DNA of 61,447 bases, the filler included, from an uncultured virus (IMG/VR IMGVR_UViG_3300005239_002421) (taxonomy: Duplodnaviria; Heunggongvirae; Uroviricota; Caudoviricetes). It is 6 parts of one record of this genome, joined end to end, with 100 filler letters (N's around TTAATTAATTAA, not from the genome) between each part and the next. Parts side by side here need not be neighbours in the genome. Positions count along the whole stretch, not along the records: positions 1 to 2,137 come from IMGVR_UViG_3300005239_002421; positions 2,238 to 15,308 come from IMGVR_UViG_3300005239_002421; 4 more parts are not named here. One strand, written 5' to 3'. Under the pieces are notes generated by a model, which made no database searches, had not been told where the DNA came from, and saw only the letters and a program-made list of their open reading frames with translations. Both the position numbers and the translations under genes were made by a program. Below are positions 1-10,633 of this stretch, in pieces. Numbering within the stretch: position 1 is the stretch's first letter; each line of letters starts with the position of its first letter.

Positions 1-2
1 GT

Positions 3-224
3 TGGAATACCGATAGACAATTTGCAATAGCAGCAGGAATAGGAAACTCTTATGGTGATTCAGGATTCCGAGATAAGGCTCGAAGATATGATTGGGATGC
101 AGAGAAAATACTAAATGCTTATGTATATAAATTTGGTAATGAATTTAGTAATCATAAAAACAAAAGAAAAAAGCAAATAGATAAGTGGTTTCCTAAATCT
201 AAAGAAACAAAAATAAATCTATAA
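3..224 (+). CDS. C-terminal fragment of hypothetical protein (only plus-strand gene seen)
   Basis: Open frame WNTDRQFAIAAGIGNSYG...KINL* from the window edge; its stop abuts the stop of the convergent gene at 225. Confidence 0.6.
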   Translation, partial: WNTDRQFAIAAGIGNSYGDSGFRDKARRYDWDAEKILNAYVYKFGNEFSNHKNKRKKQIDKWFPKSKETKINL

Positions 225-2137
225 TTATTTCTTATCGGCAATATACAGTCCTTTATCTAATTGCTCTTGTGTTATATCTGCTACGACTTTCATAGAATTT
301 TCATTTATCATATAACTAGATGCCTTTTTAGTATCTTCAGAAGTATCTAGCATTTTTTCCATAATTTTAGGATTTATATATTTCGGATGAACATACCAAT
401 CTTCATAACAAGCGGTATCATTTGGTGCTATATTTCTTACAACTAATTCATATCCTTTAGAATTAAGGAATAATCTTGATAACTCTCTGTATTTACTTTT
501 TGGGTCTGCATAATGGTCGTGCTCATATGTAATTACTTTAAAATCACACTTATCAAAAGGTATAGAAGTTAAAATATCAAAAGTTACAGAAGCAGGGTCA
601 CAATCTATCTGCAAATAATCAATTACACCGATTAGGTTGGAATAATCATATTTTCTTGCATCACAAAGTTCAACTTTATTTTTCCTCTCTTCTCTAAATT
701 TATTTACAAAAACCTCATCTATATCTATTGATACTCCTGTCCAACCTAATTCTTCTAATAAAGCAGTATTATTTCCGTAGAATGGGTCAGCAGAACCTAT
801 TTCAAGATATTCTCCATTAGTCTTTCCATCCAACATTGATAATACAAACATATCCTGATAACATTGAGAATAATTTTTATCTATTTTTTTATAATTTTTG
901 AATTTATATCTTAAACTATCTGCCATAGATTTATCATAAGGAAGGCACGGATGACTTACTTCCCCTAAATCTGTAATATTTTTTAATATTAAATCCTTAT
1001 AGAATTGTGTTAAAGGATAGTCCGATGAATAGAGTTTACTAAACTTTTTTCTAGCATCATTTCCTTGTCCTAAATTCCAATCACATATAGCATCTTGAAA
1101 CTCTAATTCATAAAAATGATGATATAAAAGAGCATTACTTATTGGTTCGCTATTATTTTTAAATTCAAGACCCAACCTAGCAAAGGTTTGAGATTGAGAA
1201 AAATTATTTCTATGTTCAAAATACTGTGAAACAAATAGATATGCTTCCGGTCTAGTTGGTTTATATCTAATAGCATTATGCCACAATTCTATTTCTGTAT
1301 CATCTCTCCTGCCTAATAAACTAATACATTTAGCTACAAATAATAATGATTCATAAACTAAATTTTCAGGTGTTTCTTCTATTTCAGCAGTTCTCAAAAA
1401 GAAAGATAATGCTGATGAATATTGACCACTTGTGAAATAATATAACCCTAAATCGTAATTTGTATTATATATATTTGGAGAATTAATAAAACTATTAATT
1501 AATCCGGTTGTACCTTCTACATCTATTTTTTTAAGTTTTGTATTCGGCTTCCTTAATCCTACCATTTCCTCAAACATATCACAAGGTAGTTTTAATAAGA
1601 ATGCGGTTGTATCTTGATAGCCAAATGGTAAATAAAAGTTATCTCCTTCTAAATGCAAACCACAGGTAAACTCTATCTGAGCATCCATAAATTTAAATTC
1701 TTCTGAATGATGTACTATTTTCCAATCTTTATCCCAAACAATAAACCTATGATAGTATTCACAATCTTTGTTATTCTGCTCATTAAACCATAAATCAACT
1801 TCGTGAGTAACACATACCCAATAGTCTTTATATTTTATTACTTGTGACCCTCCTCTTAAATCTCTTGGAAACTCAACATCTTGCTCAATTGTTTTTACCG
1901 TTTTAGATTTAGTTTTGGTGTTGTTTATCTTAACAATTTCTGTTGGAGAAGTCCATTTAACATAGTGATTTGGCATATCTAAAATTGGCATCCAATTCTT
2001 CTCACAGTAAGTATCTTTTGGTGCTTCTATTCTATTTCTTGAAATCTCTTTATTGCTTTTCACTTCCGAGATTTCCATTCTTCCCTGCCCGTTTGTAGTG
2101 GTATCTCTTCTAACTCCTGTTAGCAAAACTTTTCCTC
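225..2137 (-). CDS. Multidomain glycan-modifying protein: beta-propeller glycosidase-like + TPR + FkbM-like methyltransferase (5' truncated by gap)
   Basis: EKNWMP, LRGGSQ and IEFTCGL propeller-type motifs; PTRPEAY TPR-like helices; NYSQCYQDMFV..YLEIGS..IDYLQIDCD..VITYEHD..EDWYV. Confidence 0.7.
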
Positions 2138-2181
2138 NNNNNNNNNNNNNNNNNNNNNNNNNNNNNNNNNNNNNNNNNNNN

Positions 2182-2193
2182 TTAATTAATTAA
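2182..2193. other. Assembly spacer TTAATTAATTAA (also at 15353, 20256, 32152, 57321)
   Basis: Identical six-frame-stop linker embedded in runs of about 44 N on each side. Confidence 0.95.
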
Positions 2194-2238
2194 NNNNNNN
2201 NNNNNNNNNNNNNNNNNNNNNNNNNNNNNNNNNNNNNG

Positions 2239-3081
2239 TTTCTTCAAATCCCGGAATATCCCCTTCCCAATCAGTATGCTCTGCCTGTTCTTGAATAGTG
2301 GCTCCTTCATCTTCTTTCATAGCTTTTTCAAAAAGACTTGCAGTAGTTTTAGGTTTTGTTTCTATAACTATAGGCTGATTATTATCATCTAACCTCATAG
2401 CCCCTCCTCCTTCTACCACATTATCATAAGCTATAACTTTAGCCATATTTAAGTTCTTAGGTAGTAGTTTACATAATTGTTTAAAGCAGGTTTTCTTTAG
2501 CATCCAATTCTCAGGGTCTTTGGGTGAAAACCATATAGAACCATTACCTGCCTTTGAAAGTGCTTGTATGGCTCTTAAATCATCCATATTCATAACTTTA
2601 AAGATAGGTTCTTGGTTGGAAAATCTTACTACACAATATACTGCGATTAATGCCCCTCTCTTTACTGAAGTGGGTTTATGAGATAAAGTAGGAGTTAATC
2701 CTAGTTCATATTCAAACTCATCGTTCTCATAAACACATTCACTTGTTATATTTTGAACATTAGGATTTCTATATAATAATTTACTTAATCCTTGATAACC
2801 TATTTGAAATTGACATTCATTTCCATAAGGTATTAACCAACATTCTCCCATTTGAGCAGTTGGAGATAATCCAAATTCCGCACAAGTTAAAATTGAAGAA
2901 AATACAGATGCCGGATTTTTAGTAAATACTTGAAGTAATCTTGAATTTCTTTTTATTTGATTAACCGCCATATGCATAAACTGCTGAGGGTTAATTTCTT
3001 GTTCTTCTAAACGTCTTTTATAGTTTGTAGATAATACTTACTAAGTTGACTTTCAAATTTTAATGCTATTTCTTTTGACAT
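2239..3081 (-). CDS. recT: RecT-family ssDNA annealing protein
   Basis: GLSP..GECWLIPYG..CQFQIGYQG..VYENDEF..MLKKT motifs. Likely true ATG at 3081, joined if one base is missing in a homopolymer near 3010. 3' end runs into gap. Confidence 0.9.
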
Positions 3082-3098
3082 AGTGTGTGTGTTTTTAA

Positions 3099-3210
3099 AA
3101 TAGATGATACGGTAAAGTTCCTACTCGGCAACGGTCAAGTATGCTCCACAGGTTTGTACGGACTTTTTTGATGGAGGACTGCTCGTAACTTACCCCTGCA
3201 CTCATCTATT
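3099..3210 (-). ncRNA. Candidate structured RNA / 5' leader of recT
   Basis: GC-richer intergenic segment closed by AAUAGAUGA/UCAUCUAUU; internal pairs GGUAAGUU/AACUUUACC, CUCCA/UGGAG, UACUUG/CGAGUA. Confidence 0.45.
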
Positions 3211-3213
3211 ATA

Positions 3214-3648
3214 TTATTTATTTAACTCTTTATATCTTGCTATTTTTTGGTTCATTGTTTTACATCCTTTATACTCATCCCCGTAAGAACCCATAGTATA
3301 TATTTTGCAAAACTCTTTAACCTTAATATCTGTCCACAAATATTCTTGAATATCTTCAGACTCTCCATTCCATTCAAACTCTAATTCTGATTTGCTAGTA
3401 TCTTCATCAGCAATCATAAATATTGGTGTTTTTTCTCCCATATAGCTTCCAACTACATTATGTTGAAAAAATTCTACCGCCTCTTCTTCAGTCATTTTAT
3501 CTCTTTCCATAAGTATTTGTATGCATTTTTTACTGCTATAAATAGCTTTGACTGTATTACATTGTGATATTCCGACTATAGCTTCATTAAAACCATCTGC
3601 CAATAAGCATTGATTAAAATCTAACAACATTTCTAGTTCTTTATTCAT
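3214..3648 (-). CDS. Conserved phage hypothetical protein
   Basis: LLADGFNEAIVG..YS..KCIQILM..MTEEEAVEFF..NV.GSY.GE.TPIF pattern recalled from aquatic phages. Confidence 0.7.
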   Translation of the reverse strand: MNKELEMLLDFNQCLLADGFNEAIVGISQCNTVKAIYSSKKCIQILMERDKMTEEEAVEFFQHNVVGSYMGEKTPIFMIADEDTSKSELEFEWNGESEDIQEYLWTDIKVKEFCKIYTMGSYGDEYKGCKTMNQKIARYKELNK

Positions 3649-3680
3649 TTTTTAATTATTTATTTTTTTAATATTTATAG

Positions 3681-4094
3681 CTATATAGACTTAATTAAAT
3701 CAGCAACTATTTTCCAATCCTCATTAGTGCTATTATCTTTATTCTTGTATAATACACGCAATGAATTTAAAGCATCATTAATCTTTTGCTTCTTGGTTTT
3801 ATTAGATTTTTTTATATTTATAGGTAGTCTATCTGTTAAATCCCATTCAATTGATGTTCTTCCTGTAACATTACACTTTCTATTTTGAACTTCATAAATA
3901 ACCCCAAGTTTTCTTAATTCAGTAAATCTTGTTGCTTCTTGCTTAATGACATTCATAGTTGCATATACCTCTCTAGTTGTAGATGGTTTTCCCATAGACA
4001 ATAAAGCTGAATAAACTCTAAATCTCATATTAGATAATAGTCCTTCTTCTTTAATTTGATTGTAGCAATCTATTGATGTTTGTCTTGTATTCAT
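3681..4094 (-). CDS. Winged-helix DNA-binding protein
   Basis: TSIDCY..VYSAL..TTREV..RFTELRKLG..RKC.VTGR pattern. Confidence 0.6.
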   Translation of the reverse strand: MNTRQTSIDCYNQIKEEGLLSNMRFRVYSALLSMGKPSTTREVYATMNVIKQEATRFTELRKLGVIYEVQNRKCNVTGRTSIEWDLTDRLPINIKKSNKTKKQKINDALNSLRVLYKNKDNSTNEDWKIVADLIKSI

Positions 4095-4106
4095 AGTTTT
4101 TTTGAG

Positions 4107-4190
4107 TAATTAAGGAAGTTGTGTTCCGCAGTACCACCCTCAGCCTGAGTGGGTCTTTTGCTGACTGACTATTTACAACCTCCCTAATTA
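4107..4190 (-). ncRNA. Candidate structured leader RNA
   Basis: 16-bp stem UAAUUAGGGAGGUUGU/ACAACUUCCUUAAUUA, fully paired only on the minus strand (G-U pairs), enclosing a CUCA/UGAG hairpin. Confidence 0.5.
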
Positions 4191-4406
4191 AATTAATTAT
4201 ATACTTTTTCAACTTCTACTCTAACTCTTTTTGTTACTTTATCAATAGTATGGACACATATTAATCCGGTTGTCAATTCTATTCTTTCAATTTCTTTTAT
4301 TCTTCCTCCAAGTATTAAATACTTAATTTTTTTTAATAAATTTTTCATAATTTCTATTTTAATGTTTTAAACTATAATTTGTCTTAACAATAATTCCTTC
4401 TGAGAA

Positions 4407-4703
4407 TTAATGTCTGTTTGGATAACCTAAATCGTTTCTCCATTTGTCTTGAAGTTTACCCTGTCTTTTAAGATACTTTACTCCTCTAAATTGAGGTTCT
4501 TCTTCTTGCAGTTTTGCTCTTGCTCTTTTTATACTTGGAGCAGATGTTAATTGCTTAGTTGCGTACAATCTTAAAAAATCTTTATTTTCATATCCAAGTT
4601 GTTGAATTTCCTTGGACCAAATGTTAGCAGATAATCTTTCATCATCATCCTTTAAGGAGGGATGTTTATTTAGCCAATACTTTACTTTATCTTTAGTTTT
4701 CAT
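4407..4703 (-). CDS. Conserved phage hypothetical protein
   Basis: VKYWL..P.LKDDDERL.ANIW..SIKRARAKLQEE.P..RG. Confidence 0.7.
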   Translation of the reverse strand: MKTKDKVKYWLNKHPSLKDDDERLSANIWSKEIQQLGYENKDFLRLYATKQLTSAPSIKRARAKLQEEEPQFRGVKYLKRQGKLQDKWRNDLGYPNRH

Positions 4704-4727
4704 TACTATTTGATTTTGATTTCATTA

Positions 4728-4735
4728 CAAATATA
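4728..4735 (-). promoter_or_regulatory. Bacteroidota-type -7 promoter element TATATTTG
   Basis: Matches TAnnTTTG, intergenic, about 25 nt upstream of the ATG at 4703. Confidence 0.55.
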
Positions 4736-4797
4736 TAAAAAAAAACATAAAAACAATATATCTTTAAAGATAATTTGATAATTATTTTAAAAAATAT

Positions 4798-5172
4798 TTA
4801 TTTAACCTGATAATCGCCCATAAAAAAGGCACCATCTTTATCTAATTTCTGCTCTCTAATATGGAAATAAGCTAAATCTACAGACTTAATATATTTCATA
4901 TTTCGGTTAAAATCGGTCATTTGATGTGCCAAAACACCATTCTCCCATTTTTTGTGACAGGAAACACAATGATATTGTATGTTATTAGGGTCGGTAATTA
5001 GGTGCCTTGACCTAGAACGAGGAATAAGATGTGAATGAGTTAATTGCCTATAGGTTCCGCATCCTGTGCAGCGATGAGGTCTTTCTTCTGATATTCTTTG
5101 ATATACTTCCTTTAACTCTGTGTCTATTAAAGATTGTTTATCGCTTTTGTATGAAAGGTGTGTTTTTTTCAA
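4798..5172 (-). CDS. HNH / NinG-like endonuclease
   Basis: CTGCG..HSHLIPRS..NNIQYHCVSCH. Confidence 0.8.
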   Translation of the reverse strand: MKKTHLSYKSDKQSLIDTELKEVYQRISEERPHRCTGCGTYRQLTHSHLIPRSRSRHLITDPNNIQYHCVSCHKKWENGVLAHQMTDFNRNMKYIKSVDLAYFHIREQKLDKDGAFFMGDYQVK

Positions 5173-5174
5173 AT

Positions 5175-5513
5175 CTAATCTAATATATCTCTCATTGCAT
5201 CAAATAACATTTCTACTGATTTTTTAGAATCTTTTTCATTTGAAACATCTTCAAGTTTTTTGGCAAACTTTCTAAGTTTGAATGGAAAGGTTATCTTTTT
5301 CCATAGGTTTTTAAAAAACTGCTTTATATTATAGTATAATTTCATAATGTGTAAAGGGAATGTAAATAATAAGCAAACTATCCATAAAGAAATTTCAATA
5401 ATAATTGGCTCGTGAAATGGGAAATCATCCTGTATTTTTTTTCTATACTCTTCTTGAACCTTAAAGTATTCAACTATACCAACCAATATGTATATTATAA
5501 CGAATATTCCCAT
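5175..5513 (-). CDS. Hypothetical membrane protein
   Basis: Two hydrophobic segments; TATCTTTG promoter-like element upstream (5530-5537). Confidence 0.6.
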   Translation of the reverse strand: MGIFVIIYILVGIVEYFKVQEEYRKKIQDDFPFHEPIIIEISLWIVCLLFTFPLHIMKLYYNIKQFFKNLWKKITFPFKLRKFAKKLEDVSNEKDSKKSVEMLFDAMRDILD

Positions 5514-5547
5514 CTGATTTATTTATTCTCAAAGATAATTAATTATA

Positions 5548-6090
5548 CTACATACTATCCACAACTAAGGTTATATTATCAAGTTCATTTATAAAAGTGC
5601 TTACATTGATGTACTTCTTATAATAATCCTTATGTTTAAATACTTCAATAATTAAAGTTAAGTTATCTTTTACCTCAGAAAGGTCATTAAACTCTATCTT
5701 TCTACCAATTAATTTTTTAATAGATTTTAAAGAGTAATTATTTAATATATGAGAATAAGAATTATGGTTTATATCAGTATTAAAAACTACATTATTAACG
5801 AAATGCATATGCTCCCCATTAGTGCTTGATAATTTAAAATCTGAGTTCAACTTAAAAGGAGGCTCTTTTTCTCTTATGCTATTGACCTCAACACCGGTCA
5901 TTTCGCATACAAAGGGAATGTTTTCAGGTATTTTCCTGCCTTTCCTGTCTACATCTCTAATTAATGCTTTTTGATGCCTTAAAACAGATATATACCTTTT
6001 TTGTAATATTTGGTCTAATATATTTGACTCTATAAAGTCTATAACGACATTTAGTTCTTGTATTTTCTTATCAAGTTTGTTTGGTTTCAT
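5548..6090 (-). CDS. Hypothetical protein
   Basis: 180-aa ORF in co-oriented gene array. Confidence 0.6.
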   Translation of the reverse strand: MKPNKLDKKIQELNVVIDFIESNILDQILQKRYISVLRHQKALIRDVDRKGRKIPENIPFVCEMTGVEVNSIREKEPPFKLNSDFKLSSTNGEHMHFVNNVVFNTDINHNSYSHILNNYSLKSIKKLIGRKIEFNDLSEVKDNLTLIIEVFKHKDYYKKYINVSTFINELDNITLVVDSM

Positions 6091-6105
6091 TTATTAGTGT
6101 GTGTA

Positions 6106-6936
6106 TTAATCTCCTATATTTTTAGTTATATGCTTGATTGTTGTACTAAACCAAACTTCACTTACTTCAGGAACCTTTACTTTTTCTTTACAATTTTCTT
6201 TCAAAAAACATTTTGCACATCTTGAAATATTAGGGATTGCTTTAAAACCTGTTTTAAAATTGTGCATTAGGAAATTTAGACCTACTCTTATATCATTTGC
6301 GTGTTCTTCATATAACTCTTCTTCTATGTGAACTTTAATAATTTTGAAATCGTGCTGATTCGTAGTAGAGAAAACCCAAAAATAAAAGTCTAAATCTTCT
6401 CCGTGTAACTCTTTATAAAGCCATTTATAGTGTAATGCCTGAATCAATAAGGTTAATTTTGGTCTAAATTCACCTGCAAGGTGCTCTGTATTCCACCCAA
6501 AATCATTCCATTTGTCATCAAATAATGCCGTAGTTTTTAGGTCAATGATTGATTTTTTGCCATTCACTTTAGCAATAATATCAGCAGTTCCTGTTATGTT
6601 ACCCCAATTCATACTTACTCCTGACTGAATTTCAGTAACATTATAATGCTTTATAGCTTCTTTATAATTTTTAACTTGATTTAGCATTCTTTCATATGCC
6701 ACAGATAGTTTTCCGCTTTTTAAAACTTTTGGCAAAGGTACTTCAGGATGGTATGCCGGTAATGCTCCCGTACATTTATATTCAAACCAATTTCCTAAAT
6801 TCTGAGCATCAGTTGTGGGTCCTTTTGCCCCTTTGATATATAGGGCTTCAACTTTTAAACCACATTCTTTTTTTTCAGCATATTTAGTTAGTGCCTTTAA
6901 AAGAGATTGAGATATAGATAAATTATCAACTTTCAT
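6106..6936 (-). CDS. PD-(D/E)xK exonuclease (RecE/Cas4-like), probable RecT partner
   Basis: SQSLLK..LGNWFE..TGTADII..IIDLKTT..QALHY..C..C..C. Confidence 0.8.
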   Translation of the reverse strand: MKVDNLSISQSLLKALTKYAEKKECGLKVEALYIKGAKGPTTDAQNLGNWFEYKCTGALPAYHPEVPLPKVLKSGKLSVAYERMLNQVKNYKEAIKHYNVTEIQSGVSMNWGNITGTADIIAKVNGKKSIIDLKTTALFDDKWNDFGWNTEHLAGEFRPKLTLLIQALHYKWLYKELHGEDLDFYFWVFSTTNQHDFKIIKVHIEEELYEEHANDIRVGLNFLMHNFKTGFKAIPNISRCAKCFLKENCKEKVKVPEVSEVWFSTTIKHITKNIGD

Positions 6937-8060
6937 TATTTTTTATTTTCTTTTGGTATAAATAATATATCCCATATTTTTTCTCCTAAATCAGTATTAC
7001 ATTCTGATATTAAGTTTTTATAAGAATATCCTAATTCTAATAACTTTTTGAATTTTGTTTCTATTTGTTCATCTGTAATAATAGAGCCATAATCATAATC
7101 GCCCATACATTCTAAAACAATTACAGGTTTGAACTTATTAATTATTTTTAGCCCTCCCCTAATAACATTTTCTTCATATCCTTCTACATCTATTTTAAGA
7201 TAATCTAGGCTATCTAATTTTAATGAATCAAGAGTAATTACATCTACTTCTAAATCTAACTCTAGGTCATTTTTGTTTTTCCAAGTCTTATTTATAGAAC
7301 CTCCTTGTAATACGGTTGCTCCACAATTACCATCAGCAATAAAATCTATTTTAATCTTTCCTTTTTTATCGCCTATTCCTTTTTTAAATGTCTTTACATT
7401 TTTACAATTATTTAAATCTAAATTTTTGTTTAATAAATCATAAGATTGTTTTAATGGCTCAAAAGAATATACTTCTTTAGATAACTTGCTTAATATAACA
7501 GTTAGTGTACCAATGTGTGCCCCAACTTCTACTACTGTAGAATTTGAATCTAAATATTTATATGCTAAATCGTGATGATGCTCTTCCCATCTATAACCTC
7601 TTCTGATACAATCGGATATAATACATTTTTGATAAAGTTGAAATTTAGCGGTTTGCTCTTTATAGTAATTTGGTAATTCTCGTATGGTGTTATCTAATCT
7701 AAAAGTAGCTATTTCAGGATGTAATAAGTCGAACAAATCTTCATACCAACCATTATCTCCTTCTTTAACTTTAAATATATCTTCATCTTCTGCCATATCT
7801 CCACTTTCGACTATTTCACAATTATTTTTTGTATAGTCATCTACATAGCCTTGCACAATATCAGCATCAATTTCCCACATATCATCATCGTAATCGTGAC
7901 AAACATCTCCATCTTCATCGAGGTATGTTTCAACAGGAGATACATTTGCATATTCTCTTAAAACTCCTTTGTCCATATAACTATAGTTTATACCATAGTA
8001 ATTATTGTCTTTATCCTTGTAATAACAAATTTCTCCTGTATCAAATAGATGTACTAACAT
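6936..8060 (-). CDS. FkbM-family methyltransferase with acidic N-terminal extension
   Basis: VVEVGAHIG..SFEP..TLDSL..LKIDVEGYEENVIRGG..PVIVLE. Confidence 0.85.
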   Translation of the reverse strand: MLVHLFDTGEICYYKDKDNNYYGINYSYMDKGVLREYANVSPVETYLDEDGDVCHDYDDDMWEIDADIVQGYVDDYTKNNCEIVESGDMAEDEDIFKVKEGDNGWYEDLFDLLHPEIATFRLDNTIRELPNYYKEQTAKFQLYQKCIISDCIRRGYRWEEHHHDLAYKYLDSNSTVVEVGAHIGTLTVILSKLSKEVYSFEPLKQSYDLLNKNLDLNNCKNVKTFKKGIGDKKGKIKIDFIADGNCGATVLQGGSINKTWKNKNDLELDLEVDVITLDSLKLDSLDYLKIDVEGYEENVIRGGLKIINKFKPVIVLECMGDYDYGSIITDEQIETKFKKLLELGYSYKNLISECNTDLGEKIWDILFIPKENKK

Positions 8061-8284
8061 AATTCTTTTCGTTTTTCTAGTAATTGTAATTCTAATTGAG
8101 TTGACCCTACTAAATCATCAGTAGCATTCAAATACAATTTGATATAATTTTTTGCAGAATTTAAATGTTTATCATTCGTACAACTTTCAATTACTTTTTC
8201 TGCTTTATTCTTTGCTTTAATAATATCCTCTATAGTGTCTATAGAAAGATATATGAGATTTTGATTTTTGTCTTTCCCTATCAT
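8054..8284 (-). CDS. Hypothetical protein
   Basis: KAEKVIESC..HLNSAKNYIKLY; overlaps its neighbours. Confidence 0.6.
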   Translation of the reverse strand: MIGKDKNQNLIYLSIDTIEDIIKAKNKAEKVIESCTNDKHLNSAKNYIKLYLNATDDLVGSTQLELQLLEKRKELC

Positions 8285-8493
8285 TACTTTTTGATTTTTG
8301 ATAATTTTTCTATAAGATTTAAGATTTCTTCTTTATGCTTATAGTCTGTGTTTTTTAATTTATCTGAAATATATACAAGGTCTGTAGTTTTATCTTTTTC
8401 AATACCCATTTCTAATGCAAGAGTTGATAATCTCTTATATTTCTCAAGAATATTCCTTGTTTCAGGATTCATTAAGTCTGCTAATGTTGACAT
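8284..8493 (-). CDS. Hypothetical protein
   Basis: ORF in tightly packed array. Confidence 0.55.
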   Translation of the reverse strand: MSTLADLMNPETRNILEKYKRLSTLALEMGIEKDKTTDLVYISDKLKNTDYKHKEEILNLIEKLSKIKK

Positions 8494-8512
8494 TTTAATT
8501 TTAGTTTAATTA

Positions 8513-8935
8513 TTAAATAACAAATTTATCTGTAAGTATCACTTTCCTGCCTCTATCTTTAGTTCTTACACCTCTAAAGGGCATTTTCATTAATTCCTTT
8601 ACATCTAAGATTTTTTTTAACGCAGTTAATAGTGGTAATGAACAAAAAACTATATCAACTTTCTTTTCATTATAAAGTAACTCCCACATATTAATTCTTG
8701 ACATAAGTGCTTTTGATAACATAAAATCCATTTCAACTCCTGAAATATCCCTTATGTCTTTAACTACTTTTTCTCTAAACTGTACTTTAAAAAGACTTGA
8801 CTCTCTAATATCACATTTCATTAGTTTACTTCCATCATCAAATGTGAATATATGTGGACTACTAAAATTTGCTACTTTGGTTCCGTTTTTAAGAGTGATT
8901 ATAGAATCCTCTAAATCTTGCATACTTCTTCTCAT
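8513..8935 (-). CDS. Hypothetical protein
   Basis: VANFSSPHIFTFDDG; 140 aa. Confidence 0.6.
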   Translation of the reverse strand: MRRSMQDLEDSIITLKNGTKVANFSSPHIFTFDDGSKLMKCDIRESSLFKVQFREKVVKDIRDISGVEMDFMLSKALMSRINMWELLYNEKKVDIVFCSLPLLTALKKILDVKELMKMPFRGVRTKDRGRKVILTDKFVI

Positions 8936-8943
8936 ACATCAGT

Positions 8944-9466
8944 TTAGAAAGGTAGTTTATCATCTTCTTCGTAGGAAGTCATTTCATCTGTGAAATCTTC
9001 ATCTTGAATATCTAAATCCATTAAAGCATTTGCTTGTTCTTCAACTAAAGAATTTGCTTGTTCTTCAACTATCAATTCAGGAGAAGGCTTTTTTTGTTTC
9101 CAAAAATCCTCATCTCTTGTAAACCAAGATTTTAAAGTAAGTATAGAAACCTCTTTTATTAATACCGGAGTATTATTTCCTCCTTCAGAATCATCTAATT
9201 TTGTATTAACTTGCACTCCTGCTTTCGGCATCCAAGCATACATATTGTTTTCTTTATCTTCTATTTGTATAGCTTTTTCACTTATTTTACTTACAAATAC
9301 ATTTTTGTTTTCATTATAAGATTTATCCTCAAAAACACATTCTTGATTAAGAGATAAATGTAATACCTCGCATCGTGTATGAATTTTTTTATCTTGTTGA
9401 GTTTCTTTTCTTAAATGAATTATTTGTTTTTCTGAAAGTGTTCCTCTTTCTTTATATTGGTTTGAT
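8944..9466 (-). CDS. Hypothetical protein with acidic DDKLPF tail (SSB-like C-terminus); 5' part near or in gap
   Basis: Ends EEDDKLPF; coding-like sequence continues upstream of the ATG at 9243. Confidence 0.45.
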
Positions 9467-9827
9467 NNNNNNNNNNNNNNNNNNNNNNNNNNNNNNNNNN
9501 NNNNNNNNNNNNNNNNNNNNNNNNNNNNNNNNNNNNNNNNNNNNNNNNNNNNNNNNNNNNNNNNNNNNNNNNNNNNNNNNNNNNNNNNNNNNNNNNNNNN
9601 NNNNNNNNNNNNNNNNNNNNNNNNNNNNNNNNNNNNNNNNNNNNNNNNNNNNNNNNNNNNNNNNNNNNNNNNNNNNNNNNNNNNNNNNNNNNNNNNNNNN
9701 NNNNNNNNNNNNNNNNNNNNNNNNNNNNNNNNNNNNNNNNNNNNNNNNNNNNNNNNNNNNNNNNNNNNNNNNNNNNNNNNNNNNNNNNNNNNNNNNNNNN
9801 NNNNNNCTAAATTTAAATTCCATATTA

Positions 9828-10124
9828 TTAAGATTTTAATTTGTTATTTTCTTTTTCTTCAACACTTTTTAAAAGTGCATCATAAGTAAATTCTTCATTT
9901 AGCATTTTGGTTGGAAGATAACCAAGTTGAAAAAGATTACTGCCTAATAACTGCATATCTTCAGCATTTGAAACTTCTCTTTTTTCTACCGGCATATCCA
10001 TAAGATACTTTTGTGCAAGGTATAAGGCTTGACCTATAATATACTTTCCTCGCATATTGTGAAATAATTCTAATGCCATTTCTTTTTCTTTGTTCTCTTC
10101 TTTTTTGCTTTGCTTAGTTGCCAT
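9828..10124 (-). CDS. Hypothetical protein
   Basis: RGKYIIGQAL..EVSNAEDM. Confidence 0.6.
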   Translation of the reverse strand: MATKQSKKEENKEKEMALELFHNMRGKYIIGQALYLAQKYLMDMPVEKREVSNAEDMQLLGSNLFQLGYLPTKMLNEEFTYDALLKSVEEKENNKLKS

Positions 10125-10148
10125 AATTATTTTTTTAAATTTTTGATT

Positions 10149-10436
10149 TTAGATAAATAGGAAAAATGGGTCATTTTCCTTTGTGCTAATTAAATCTTTA
10201 ACTATAGATATTTTGAATTTCCAATCTTGATATAACTTCATATCAGCAGGTTCTTGTTTCTCTAACTCTTTATGAAATTCAATAAGTTCTTCTGATGAAT
10301 AATTTTTAAGATGATTAAGTTCATAATATTCTAACTCAGAAACTTTTTTATCATCTATAAAGTATTCCCATCCTGACTGCTTATTCTTTTCGCTGCTGCT
10401 AAAAAGAAGTTTAATAACTTTTTTCTTGTTTCCCAT
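10149..10436 (-). CDS. Hypothetical protein
   Basis: First ORF after the intergenic region at 10440-10630. Confidence 0.55.
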   Translation of the reverse strand: MGNKKKVIKLLFSSSEKNKQSGWEYFIDDKKVSELEYYELNHLKNYSSEELIEFHKELEKQEPADMKLYQDWKFKISIVKDLISTKENDPFFLFI

Positions 10437-10633
10437 TTTGTGTGATTTATTAATTAACTATTTGTGACTTGATTTCGATGTAAAGATAATTAAATTTTAT
10501 AATCCACAAAATAAAATAGACATAAATTACATATTTTTATATGCAACATCAGTATTATCAGGGTATGAGAGCCTGTAATTTGTTTTTAAAAATAATTGTA
10601 AAAAGGCGAAAATCTTAAAAATAATTGAAATAA

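Noticed and set aside
3099..4190. Possible tRNAs or known ribozymes in the GC-richer spacers
   Set aside because: No TTCRA T-loop, cloverleaf or hammerhead CUGANGA/GAAA core found by eye. Kept only as unclassified structured RNAs.
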